From Clostridiales bacterium (GTDB taxonomy: Bacteria > Bacillota > Clostridia > Christensenellales > CAG-138): a stretch of DNA of 64,000 nucleotides. Positions 54,490 through 63,243 of the stretch are shown one piece after another. How positions within the stretch are numbered: position 1 is the stretch's first letter; each line of letters begins with the position of its first letter. A program made the position numbers and the translations under genes. The notes beneath the pieces were generated by a model. The model did no database searches. It worked only from the letters and a program-made list of their open reading frames with translations, and was not told where the DNA came from. The DNA lies in the NCBI GenBank assembly GCA_024698505.1, contig JAILRE010000063.1, positions 49,615 through 113,614 of the forward strand, given 5' to 3'.

Positions 54490-57129
54490 ATGAACGACGT
54501 GATAAGGGATAAACTCAAGCTTTTGCCGGACAGCCCGGGGGTGTACCGCATGTATAACTCTTTGGGAGAGATCATTTACGTCGGCAAAGCGGTCAACCTG
54601 AAGAACAGAGTTAGGCAGTATTTCCAGAATACCGCGAAGGCTCCGAAGGTCGCGGCGATGGTTTCCAACATCGCCGATTTCGAGTTTACCATAACCGAGT
54701 CCGAAGCGGAAGCGCTGAATCTCGAATGCAATATGATAAAGCAAAACCGTCCGAGATACAACGTGCTTCTTAAGGACGACAAAGCTTTTCCCTACGTAAG
54801 GATAGATTATTCAAAGGATTTCCCGCGGCCTGAGATCGTAAGGCGCATAAAGAAGGACGGAGCGAAGTATTACGGCCCGTTCCTTTCCGCCCTGACGTTA
54901 AGGGACGCCATGACCGCAGTCCGCGATTTCTTCCCGGTAAGGCATTGCAAAAAGGATATCCAAAAGGCGATCGCAAGGCGCGAGAGGCCCTGCCTCATGT
55001 ACCACCTCGGCAAGTGCTGCGCTCCGTGCTCCGGCAAGGTCACGAGGGAGGAGTACCATGGTTATCTCGATGAGATAGCTCTCCTTCTTCAGGGCCACTG
55101 CAAGCCCGTTACCGAGCGGCTTACCGTCGCTATGAACGAAGCCGCCGAAAGGATGGAGTTTGAACGCGCCGCGATGTACCGCGACAGGATCCGCGCTATG
55201 GAGAGCCTTGCCGCCAAGCAGCGCGCCGCCACCACTACCGTCAACAGCTTCGACGTTTTCGCCGTTGCAAGGGACGACATGAACACCGTCGTATACGCTA
55301 CCATGATGCGCGACGGAAAGGTTGTAATGACGGACGGTTATTTCGTTACGGCGCTGGACGAAACCGACGAGGAGATCATGGCCTCGTTCCTCATGCAGTT
55401 CTACATGGACAGCGGCTTTGTGCCTAATGAGATCGTCTGCCGCACCCTGCCGAACGACGCGGAGAGCATAGCTTCGTGCATAAGGGAAAACTGCGGCCAT
55501 GCCGTGAAGATAATCAAGCCCCAGAGGGGCGAGAAGAAGCAGCTTGCCGAAATGGCTTTCACCAACGGGAATGAAGCCCTTAAACGAAAGAAGGAGCTCA
55601 CCCTGAGGGAGTGGGAGCGCGGCGAAGGCGCGCTCGTGGAGCTTTCGAGGATAGTCGGAATGGACGAAGTCCCGCACAGGATGGAATGCTACGATAACTC
55701 GCACTTCCAGGGCAGGGACACCGTAGGCTCCATGGTAGTGTTCATAGACGGCAAGCCCAATAAGGATCTTTACCGCAGATTCAGAACGAAGACGCAGACC
55801 GAAGGCGACGATTACGAGGCCATGCGCGAGCACCTTACAAGGCGCTTTCAAAGAGCAGCCGACGGAGACGAGAAGTTCGGCGATCTTCCCGATCTTCTTA
55901 TAGTTGACGGTGGAAGGGGCCAGCTCAACGTCGCTCTGGAGGTGCTTGAAGCATTCGGGCTTTCGTACATACCCGCAATAGGTCTTGCTGAACGCAACGA
56001 GGAGCTGATACTGCCCGATCGCGAGGACTCGATACTCCTTCCGAAGACGAGCAGCACGCTGCATCTTTTGCAGAGGATAAGGGACGAGGCGCACCGTTTC
56101 GCAATCTCCTATCACAGGTGCATGCGCTCCAAATCGACCCTGTACTCCGTACTGCAGGATATAGAGGGCGTCGGCGAAAAGCGAAGGCGCGCGCTCTTCG
56201 ATAAGTTCCTTACCATGGATGCGATCAAAAAGGCGTCCGTCGAAGAGCTTGCATCGGCGGACGGAATGAACATGCCTGCCGCAAAAAAGGTTTACGAGTA
56301 TTTTCACGGCGGAAAGGAAAACGGATTGAAGTATAAACTGCTTGCACTCGATATCGACGACACCATCCTCCCGAGGAACGGCGTCATTTCCGAAAGGACC
56401 AAGCGCGCCGTCAAGATGGCGGAGGACGCGGGCGTCTACGTGACGCTCGCCACGGGCAGAGGGTTCTACGGTTCGTCGATGGTTTGGAAGGAGCTGAAGC
56501 TCGACCGTCTTATTATCAACTACGGAGGCGCCGTAATAAACGACGCCAAGACGGGCAAGCCCTTCATGGTGACGGAGCTTGAGAGCTCTACTGTCACGGA
56601 GATACTCGAGCTTGCGACGGCTTTGGATCTTCACGTGCATCTCTATCAGGGCGACGAGATCGTTTACGAGCACGAGCACGAATACGGAAGGCGGTATTCC
56701 GAGCATTTGGGTCTCCCCGCGAGGATAGAGCCGAACATCCGCAACATGGTCTGGAAGAACGTACCGAAGGTGCTGATAATAACCGAGCCCGAGAGGGTTC
56801 CCGACCTGCTTCCGTACTTTGCCGAAAAGCTCAGGGGCAAGGCGGCCGTGTCGGGTTCTTCGCCGGGATTCATCGAGTTCAACAAGATCGGCGCAAACAA
56901 GGGCACGGCGCTCAAGATCCTCGCCGATCATTTGGGGATAAAACAGTCGGAGACCGCTGCCGTCGGCGACAATACGCTCGACGTCGATATGATCGAATGG
57001 GCGGGGCTCGGCTGCTGCGTGGAGGACGGAAATCCCCTCGTCAAGGAGAAAGCCGATCTTATAATACCGAAATGCGCCGAGGACGGCGTCGCGTATCTTA
57101 TAGAAAACTATCTGCTGAAGGAGCAATGA
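54490..57129 (+). CDS. uvrC: Excinuclease ABC subunit C fused in frame to a Cof-type HAD-IIB hydrolase
   Basis: GIY-YIG (PGVYRMYN..IYVGKAVNLKNRVRQY), the UvrBC domain, the RNase H-like endonuclease and (HhH)2 run to about codon 612. The HAD part follows (LLALDIDDTIL, TLATGR, GDNTLDVDM). ATG 54484 is an alternative start. Confidence 0.85.
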   Translation: MNDVIRDKLKLLPDSPGVYRMYNSLGEIIYVGKAVNLKNRVRQYFQNTAKAPKVAAMVSNIADFEFTITESEAEALNLECNMIKQNRPRYNVLLKDDKAFPYVRIDYSKDFPRPEIVRRIKKDGAKYYGPFLSALTLRDAMTAVRDFFPVRHCKKDIQKAIARRERPCLMYHLGKCCAPCSGKVTREEYHGYLDEIALLLQGHCKPVTERLTVAMNEAAERMEFERAAMYRDRIRAMESLAAKQRAATTTVNSFDVFAVARDDMNTVVYATMMRDGKVVMTDGYFVTALDETDEEIMASFLMQFYMDSGFVPNEIVCRTLPNDAESIASCIRENCGHAVKIIKPQRGEKKQLAEMAFTNGNEALKRKKELTLREWERGEGALVELSRIVGMDEVPHRMECYDNSHFQGRDTVGSMVVFIDGKPNKDLYRRFRTKTQTEGDDYEAMREHLTRRFQRAADGDEKFGDLPDLLIVDGGRGQLNVALEVLEAFGLSYIPAIGLAERNEELILPDREDSILLPKTSSTLHLLQRIRDEAHRFAISYHRCMRSKSTLYSVLQDIEGVGEKRRRALFDKFLTMDAIKKASVEELASADGMNMPAAKKVYEYFHGGKENGLKYKLLALDIDDTILPRNGVISERTKRAVKMAEDAGVYVTLATGRGFYGSSMVWKELKLDRLIINYGGAVINDAKTGKPFMVTELESSTVTEILELATALDLHVHLYQGDEIVYEHEHEYGRRYSEHLGLPARIEPNIRNMVWKNVPKVLIITEPERVPDLLPYFAEKLRGKAAVSGSSPGFIEFNKIGANKGTALKILADHLGIKQSETAAVGDNTLDVDMIEWAGLGCCVEDGNPLVKEKADLIIPKCAEDGVAYLIENYLLKEQ

Positions 57130-58037
57130 AAATGATCAAGCTTGGCTTTGATATCGGAGGAACGACCGTAAAGGCCGGCGCGGTGGACGAAGAGTACCGC
57201 ATTATAAGAAAGCTTGCGAGGCCAACGCCGAAATGCGACGGGGCTGCGCTCTGCCTGCTTATCGCAGATATGGCGCGTGAGCTTGCGAACGGCGATGAGA
57301 TATCCGCTTTGGGCATCACCGTGCCGGGCTCCGTCGATAAGGAAGGACGGATCGTCGCCGCAGTCAATCTCGGCCTCTTCGATTTCCCGATAAGGGAAAA
57401 GATGGAGAAGCTTACGAGCGTTAATGAGGTAATAGTCCGCAACGATGCGGACGCCGCCGGAGAGGCGGAGCTTGCGCTCGGCGCTTTGAAGGGCGTGAAT
57501 ACCGGGCTTATACTGACGATCGGCACCGGCGTCGGAGGATGCCTCGTGCTTGGAGGCAGGCTGTTCCACGGAGGTCTTGACCGCGGCACCGAATTGGGCC
57601 ACGCTATGCTTGACAGGGGCGGAATGCTCTGCGGCTGCGGACACAGAGGATGCATCGAAACGCTTTGCTCCGCCACCGCGATCAGAAGGCTTGCTGAAGC
57701 CGCCTGCCGTGAGGAGGACGGCATGATACGCGAGCTTGCGGAGAAAGGCCGCGAGGTCGACGCGAAGCTGCTTATCGATTGCGCGATCGCGGGCGACGGC
57801 GAAGCGCTAAGACTCTTCGACGAATACACCGACGCGCTTGCCGACGCGATCGCATCGTTCGTCAATATCCTCGATCCCGAGGTCATCGTATTGGGCGGCG
57901 GAGTATCCGGAGCAGGCGATTTCATACTCGATCCGTTAAGGAAAAAGGTCCCCGAAAAATGCTTCTTCGGCTCCTGCGGCAAGATCCTCGCCGCGGAAGC
58001 GGGCAACGACGCGGGCGTCATCGGCTCGCTTATCTGA
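57126..58037 (+). CDS. ROK-family sugar kinase (glucokinase-like)
   Basis: LGFDIGGTTVKAG ATP motif and the ROK Zn motif GHAMLDRGGMLCGCGHRGCIE. ATGA overlap with uvrC-HAD. Confidence 0.8.
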   Translation: MKMIKLGFDIGGTTVKAGAVDEEYRIIRKLARPTPKCDGAALCLLIADMARELANGDEISALGITVPGSVDKEGRIVAAVNLGLFDFPIREKMEKLTSVNEVIVRNDADAAGEAELALGALKGVNTGLILTIGTGVGGCLVLGGRLFHGGLDRGTELGHAMLDRGGMLCGCGHRGCIETLCSATAIRRLAEAACREEDGMIRELAEKGREVDAKLLIDCAIAGDGEALRLFDEYTDALADAIASFVNILDPEVIVLGGGVSGAGDFILDPLRKKVPEKCFFGSCGKILAAEAGNDAGVIGSLI

Positions 58038-58062
58038 AACAATAATACGGAGGAATGATATT

Positions 58063-58740
58063 ATGTCTATCATGTGCGCGGTCTATGTCCCCGAAGGCAT
58101 AGTTATTGCGGCGGACAGCCGAATGACGGGGAATCTCATGTTCAAGACGAGCGACGGAAAGACTCAGCAGCAGGGGATGTTCTCCATATCCGACAACGCT
58201 CAGAAGGTATTCCTTCTAAGCAAGGTCAAGGTCGGCATTTCTTCCTGCGGCATGGCCCTCATCGAGAACAAGACCATATCCGATTATCTCAGGATATTCG
58301 AGATCAGGGAGGTCAAAAAGTCCGATTCCGTCACCGACGTTGCGAAGAAACTGCAGGCATACGCATACAAGTATTTCCCGAACGTTCACTTCTTCGTCTG
58401 CGGTTACGAGGAGGAAGAGCCCTTCGTTTATGACGTCAGCAAGGAGCTGAAGCGCATAAACATGGATAACGGCAACATCAGGTACGCCTCATCCTGGAAC
58501 GGAGAGCAGCAGGCCATAACTAAGCTTCTCAATTCTCAGCCGCCGACTCCGATCAACCACAATATCATGCCGCTCAAGGACGCTATCGATTTCGCGGAAT
58601 TCCTTATCGACGTCACGATCAAGCTTCAGCGCTTCGAGATGAAGCCGAAGACCTGCGGCGGCGATATCGACGTGCTCGTCCTTACCAAAGACGATGCGTT
58701 CTGGCATCAGCATAAGATACTCAAACCCGCTCGCAAGTAA
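58063..58740 (+). CDS. Proteasome beta-subunit-like Ntn-hydrolase fold protein with Ser at the nucleophile position
   Basis: MSIMCAVYVPEGIVIAADSRMT aligns by eye with the mature beta-subunit N-terminus (T-T-x-x-G-x-x-x-x-D-G-V-V-L-A-A-D-x-R). AQKVFLL matches the Lys33 strand and CGGDIDVLVLTKDD matches SGG.I.V..I.kdG. GGAGG RBS. Confidence 0.5.
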   Translation: MSIMCAVYVPEGIVIAADSRMTGNLMFKTSDGKTQQQGMFSISDNAQKVFLLSKVKVGISSCGMALIENKTISDYLRIFEIREVKKSDSVTDVAKKLQAYAYKYFPNVHFFVCGYEEEEPFVYDVSKELKRINMDNGNIRYASSWNGEQQAITKLLNSQPPTPINHNIMPLKDAIDFAEFLIDVTIKLQRFEMKPKTCGGDIDVLVLTKDDAFWHQHKILKPARK

Positions 58741-58741
58741 T

Positions 58742-59227
58742 ATGGCTAAGAAACAAAAAACAACCGGCGGAGCCTCCGCCTATGATACAGCGCTGAGATA
58801 CCTTACTCCAAAGGCGAGGACCGTCCGCGAGGTCGAATTGAAGCTCGACGAGGGATGCTTTTCGGAGGGCGAGATCATGCAGACCGTCGAAAGGCTGCAG
58901 GACGCCGGTTTATTGAACGATGCGAAATACGCGGAGGAATACGTTGCTTCAAGGCTCAGGACAAAGCCCGTCAGCAAGTTCAGGCTTCGCGAACAGCTAA
59001 AGGGCCATTTCGTTCCCGAAGATGTGATCGAGGCGGCGCTTGCGGAAGTCCCGGATGAAACGGAATTCGACAACGCCGTTGCTGTTGCAAGGAAGTTCCT
59101 GCGTCAGTTCGAGGGCCTTGATGACGAGGAAGAGAAAAGGAAGAGAATCTATTCAAGGCTTTATTCCCGCGGATATTCCCATGAAACGATAGAAGCCGCG
59201 ATAGAAGAAGCGAAAGCCGAACTGTAA
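58742..59227 (+). CDS. recX: Recombination regulator RecX
   Basis: Three-helix repeat pattern (ALRYLTPKARTVREVELKL, DAKYAEEYVASR, SRLYSRGYSHETIEAAI); 161 aa. Confidence 0.8.
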   Translation: MAKKQKTTGGASAYDTALRYLTPKARTVREVELKLDEGCFSEGEIMQTVERLQDAGLLNDAKYAEEYVASRLRTKPVSKFRLREQLKGHFVPEDVIEAALAEVPDETEFDNAVAVARKFLRQFEGLDDEEEKRKRIYSRLYSRGYSHETIEAAIEEAKAEL

Positions 59228-59247
59228 ACGATCCGCAAAGAGGCATT

Positions 59248-60831
59248 ATGGACAACGACAGATTTCAGGTATTTCCCTATACCGTTTATACTTATGAATC
59301 CGTTGATTCGACCAACGCGGTCGCAAGGCGCGCGATAGCCATGATCGGCGACTCGGCGGATCTGACCGTACACGTTGCGGGCGAACAGACGGCCGGCAAG
59401 GGCAGGAACGGAAGGACTTGGCTGAACACTGACAGGGCAGTTATGATGAGCATCGTCCACGAAACGAAGCTCAATATGGACAAGATGCCCATACTCAATC
59501 TTGCCGCGGCAATGGCTGTCAGGAACGCGCTCGTCAAGCTGACCGACAATAAGATCGATCTTACGATCAAATGGCCGAACGACGTGCTGACCTCGGAAAA
59601 GCTCGAAAAGATATGCGGGATACTATCCGAGGCGGTAAGGCTTGACGGCAAGAAATATGCGATAATCGGCATCGGCGTTAATCTTGACGCCGCAAGGATG
59701 CCCGGCAATCTGCTTCAGCCGGCTACAAGCGTATATCTCGAATGCGGTAAGCATGTTTATGTCCTCGAGGCTGTAAAGGCGATACTAAAGGAATTCGATT
59801 TTCAGTACAAGCTGCTCATGAGCGATCCCGACACCTTCCTTCGTTCCTTCGCCGCGGGCTGCGTCACGCTCGGAAGGCACGTCGCAGTTATAAACGGAGA
59901 CGAGATCAGATACGGTATCGGCGAAAAGCTCGCTCCGAACGGTCAGCTGATAGTCAACTACGAGGATGGGCAGAAGGAGCTCGTCTACGCGGCGGACGTA
60001 TCGGTAAGGAACCAGACGACTATCGACGAAAACCTTATAAAGAAGCTGATGCCCAAAAGGCCGAGGAAGTCCAACAAGGGAGATTTCGGCAGAGCGGCTA
60101 TAATAGCAGGGACCCGTGACATGCCGGGAGCGGGCCTCATGTGCGTCAGAGCATGCCTTCGCGCAGGGGCGGGTCTGACTAAGGCATTGATCCCCGAACA
60201 GCTCAGAGAGGCTTTCAGCCGCATTCCGGAGGCTATGCTCGTTACCGATGACGAAAAGGCCGACGAGCTTATCTCATGGGCTTCCGCAATAGGCATAGGC
60301 TGCGGTCTCGGGGTAAACGAAAGGACGCGGGCTCTCGTTGAGAAAGCGCTTCGCTCCGGCAAGAACTGCGTTATCGACGCCGACGCGCTGAACACTATGG
60401 CAAAGCACAGGGAGCTTCTCGACCTGCTGCACGCGGGGGTAGTTATCACGCCCCATCCCGCGGAAATGGCAAGGCTCATGGAGTGCGATACCGAAAAGGT
60501 CGTCAAGGAGTTTTCCGCCACGGCTATCGAATTTGCGGCAAGGTACGGCTGCTGCGTTCTGCTGAAATCGGCTTCGAGCATCATCGTTTCTCCGAACGGC
60601 ACGGTCAGGTATAACGACAGCGGCAACAGTGGGCTTGCCAAGGGAGGGAGCGGAGACGTGCTTGCGGGCATTGTTACCGCGATGCTCGCCCAAGGGGCGA
60701 AACCCTTCGACGCGGCGTCCATCGGCTCGTTCCTTCTGGGATCGTCAGCGGAAAAGGCGCTCTCGTTCCTGCATGACAGGTTCATACTTGCGGGAGACAT
60801 AACCGACATCATTTCATCCGAGATCAAATAA
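59248..60831 (+). CDS. Biotin--protein ligase (group I BirA, no HTH) fused to an ADP/ATP-dependent NAD(P)H-hydrate dehydratase (YjeF_C/NnrD)
   Basis: The N-terminal half has DSTN, GKGRNGRTW and IKWPNDVL. The C-terminal half has KGDFGRAAIIAGTRDMPGAG, ITPHPAEMARL and AKGGSGDVLAG. One uninterrupted frame. Confidence 0.8.
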   Translation: MDNDRFQVFPYTVYTYESVDSTNAVARRAIAMIGDSADLTVHVAGEQTAGKGRNGRTWLNTDRAVMMSIVHETKLNMDKMPILNLAAAMAVRNALVKLTDNKIDLTIKWPNDVLTSEKLEKICGILSEAVRLDGKKYAIIGIGVNLDAARMPGNLLQPATSVYLECGKHVYVLEAVKAILKEFDFQYKLLMSDPDTFLRSFAAGCVTLGRHVAVINGDEIRYGIGEKLAPNGQLIVNYEDGQKELVYAADVSVRNQTTIDENLIKKLMPKRPRKSNKGDFGRAAIIAGTRDMPGAGLMCVRACLRAGAGLTKALIPEQLREAFSRIPEAMLVTDDEKADELISWASAIGIGCGLGVNERTRALVEKALRSGKNCVIDADALNTMAKHRELLDLLHAGVVITPHPAEMARLMECDTEKVVKEFSATAIEFAARYGCCVLLKSASSIIVSPNGTVRYNDSGNSGLAKGGSGDVLAGIVTAMLAQGAKPFDAASIGSFLLGSSAEKALSFLHDRFILAGDITDIISSEIK

Positions 60832-60843
60832 GCGAGGTACAAT

Positions 60844-62016
60844 ATGATCATTCTTAAGAACGCAAAGCTCATCACTATGGATGAGAAACAGGAACGGGAA
60901 TTCACAGGCGACGTCGTCATCGACGGTACGAAGATCGTTGAGGTTGGCAGGGGACTCAGCCGCGACGGAGCGGAAGAGATCGACCTTACAGGTTATACGG
61001 TCACGCCCGGAATAATAGACGCGCATTGTCATATCGGCATGTTCGAGGACGGAATGGGTGTAGAAGGCGACGACGGCAACGAGATGTCCGATCCTTCCAC
61101 GCCGGAAATGAGAGCTATCGACGCGATTAATCCATTTGACAGATGCTTCGTCGAAGCCATGGAAGGCGGCGTAACGACCTGCGTTACAGGCCCCGGCAGC
61201 GCGAACGTCGTCGGCGGCGCGTTTGCCGCTATCAAGACGCACGGCAGGGACGTTGAAGATATGCTGCTCAGGTATCCCGTCGGGATGAAAGCGGCCTTCG
61301 GCGAGAATCCGAAGCGCGTCTATCAGAGCCGCAAATCCATATTCACCCGCATGCAGACCGCGGCGATACTCCGCAAAACGCTCACAAAGGCCATTGAATA
61401 CGAGAAGAAGCTTAAGAACGCGGGGGACGACGCCTCCAAGCTCCCCGAGAGGGATCTTGCCATGGAGGCTATGCTTCCCGTTATCCGCCGCGAGCTTCCC
61501 TTGAAGATCCACGCGCACAGGGCGGACGACATACTGACCGCTCTTCGGATCGCCAAGGAATTCAATCTGAGGATCACTCTCGATCACTGCACAGAGGGCT
61601 ATCTTATAACCGATCTTCTTAAAGAGGGCATCAAAGAGACCGGGGCGGGCGTCATAATAGGGCCCCTTCTTTCCGACAGGAGCAAGATAGAGCTTCGGAA
61701 TCTGACCTTCAAGGCGGCGAAGACGCTTTATGACAACGGCATCGAATTTGCCATGATGACCGATCATCCCGTTATTCCCGAGCAGTATCTGCCCATATGC
61801 GCCGGCCTTGCCGCGAGGGAGGGCCTGCCCGAGCATGAAGCGCTCAGATCCATTACGATCAACGCGGCCAGGATCACGGGGCTTGACGACAGGATCGGCA
61901 GCATCGAGAAGGGCAAGGACGCGGATATAGCCGTATTCAACGGGGATCCGCTCCAGACGCTTACCCGCTGCGTCATGACGATCATAAACGGCAAAATCTG
62001 CCATAACGAGCTTTGA
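60844..62016 (+). CDS. Amidohydrolase-family metal-dependent hydrolase
   Basis: GIIDAHCHIG (HxH), a later H and H, and a C-terminal GKDADIAVF pattern; 390 aa. Confidence 0.7.
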   Translation: MIILKNAKLITMDEKQEREFTGDVVIDGTKIVEVGRGLSRDGAEEIDLTGYTVTPGIIDAHCHIGMFEDGMGVEGDDGNEMSDPSTPEMRAIDAINPFDRCFVEAMEGGVTTCVTGPGSANVVGGAFAAIKTHGRDVEDMLLRYPVGMKAAFGENPKRVYQSRKSIFTRMQTAAILRKTLTKAIEYEKKLKNAGDDASKLPERDLAMEAMLPVIRRELPLKIHAHRADDILTALRIAKEFNLRITLDHCTEGYLITDLLKEGIKETGAGVIIGPLLSDRSKIELRNLTFKAAKTLYDNGIEFAMMTDHPVIPEQYLPICAGLAAREGLPEHEALRSITINAARITGLDDRIGSIEKGKDADIAVFNGDPLQTLTRCVMTIINGKICHNEL

Positions 62017-62589
62017 ATGGACGTATCTTCCGAAAAATCCGAATTGCGAAAGCTTATCAGGGCGAAAAGGCGCATGCTCACCGAAGAGGAGCGCGCGGCT
62101 TCCGCGAGGCTTATCGCTTTGAATCTGCTTGAGCTTGAACCCGTTCGCAGCGCGGCGTGCGTACTCGCATACATGCCCATGAAGTACGAGCTTGACATTC
62201 TCCCCGCCGTGGACGAGCTGAAAGCGCGAGGCATAAAAGCGGCTTTTCCCCTCTGCGTGGAAGAAGGCGGGCTTCGGCTGTTCGTTCCCGCCGAGGAAAA
62301 CGGCTTTAAGCCCGGGGCGTACGGGATACTCGAACCCGATGAGTCGACCGCCGAAGAGGTGTATCCGGAGGATATAGACGTGATACTGCTTCCTGCAGTT
62401 GGATTTGACAGGCACGGAAACAGGCTGGGGCAGGGCGGCGGCTACTATGACAGGCTTTTGAAAAGAAGCTCCTGCTATAAGATCGCTGTCGGCTTCGATT
62501 GTCAGCTTGTCGACAGGGTCCCGACGGAAGAGACCGACATGCAGGTCGACGCCGTGGTCACTCCGAACGAGGCGATAGTCCTTCGATGA
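62017..62589 (+). CDS. 5-formyltetrahydrofolate cyclo-ligase
   Basis: LLPAVGFDRHGNRLGQGGGYYDR is the family signature; 190 aa. The start abuts the preceding stop. Confidence 0.85.
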   Translation: MDVSSEKSELRKLIRAKRRMLTEEERAASARLIALNLLELEPVRSAACVLAYMPMKYELDILPAVDELKARGIKAAFPLCVEEGGLRLFVPAEENGFKPGAYGILEPDESTAEEVYPEDIDVILLPAVGFDRHGNRLGQGGGYYDRLLKRSSCYKIAVGFDCQLVDRVPTEETDMQVDAVVTPNEAIVLR

Positions 62590-62673
62590 AAATCGGGAAG
62601 TTTTTCGTCTTTATCGAAATCAGCTATTGAACGGAAACGAATTGAGTGATAAAATATAAAGAGAGCTTGGAGT

Positions 62674-63243
62674 GTGACTATGCGCATAATCGCCGGTGAG
62701 GCAAAAGGCAGAGAGATACAGGCCCCCAAAGGGTCGAACACCAGGCCGACGCTTGCCAAAGTCAAAGAGGCGATGTTCGGCATGATCCAGTTCGATCTGC
62801 TCGGCGCGTCGGTGCTCGATCTGTTTGCCGGCAGCGGCGCACTCGGGATCGAGGCCGTTTCAAGGGGCGCTAAGCACGCCGTATTCTGCGATGCGGACAG
62901 GCAGGCGGTCGCGGTCATAAGGGCGAACCTTAAGAAGTTAGGCTTTGAAAACAGGGCTTCCGTTTTTCAGGGCGATTCTCTTTCCGTTCTCGAGCGGCTT
63001 GCTTCCGAGGGCGCGAAATTCGATATCGTGCTGCTTGATCCGCCCTATGAGACCGATCTTGAAACAAGCGCGCTTAAGCTTCTTGACGAGCTTTCGCTTC
63101 TTTCTCCTTCGGCTATCCTCCTTTGCGAGCACTCCAAGGAGAACCCTCCCGTATTCACAGAGGGTTACGAAGTTAAAAAAACCAAGAAATACGGTGATTC
63201 CTACGTCACCTATGCCATCCATACCGGAGCGGAGGACATATGA
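62674..63243 (+). CDS. rsmD: 16S rRNA (guanine966-N2)-methyltransferase
   Basis: RIIAGEAKGR...TRPT..KVKEA.F, DLFAGSGALG and DPPY motifs. The start is GTG 62674 or ATG 62680. Confidence 0.85.
   Translation: MTMRIIAGEAKGREIQAPKGSNTRPTLAKVKEAMFGMIQFDLLGASVLDLFAGSGALGIEAVSRGAKHAVFCDADRQAVAVIRANLKKLGFENRASVFQGDSLSVLERLASEGAKFDIVLLDPPYETDLETSALKLLDELSLLSPSAILLCEHSKENPPVFTEGYEVKKTKKYGDSYVTYAIHTGAEDI

Noticed and set aside
54898-57126. 742-aa antisense ORF opposite uvrC-HAD, and a 533-aa ORF (60814-62415) opposite the amidohydrolase and 5-FTHF cyclo-ligase genes.
   Set aside because: The same reasoning applies. The sense-strand proteins carry complete catalytic motif sets and the antisense translations are featureless.
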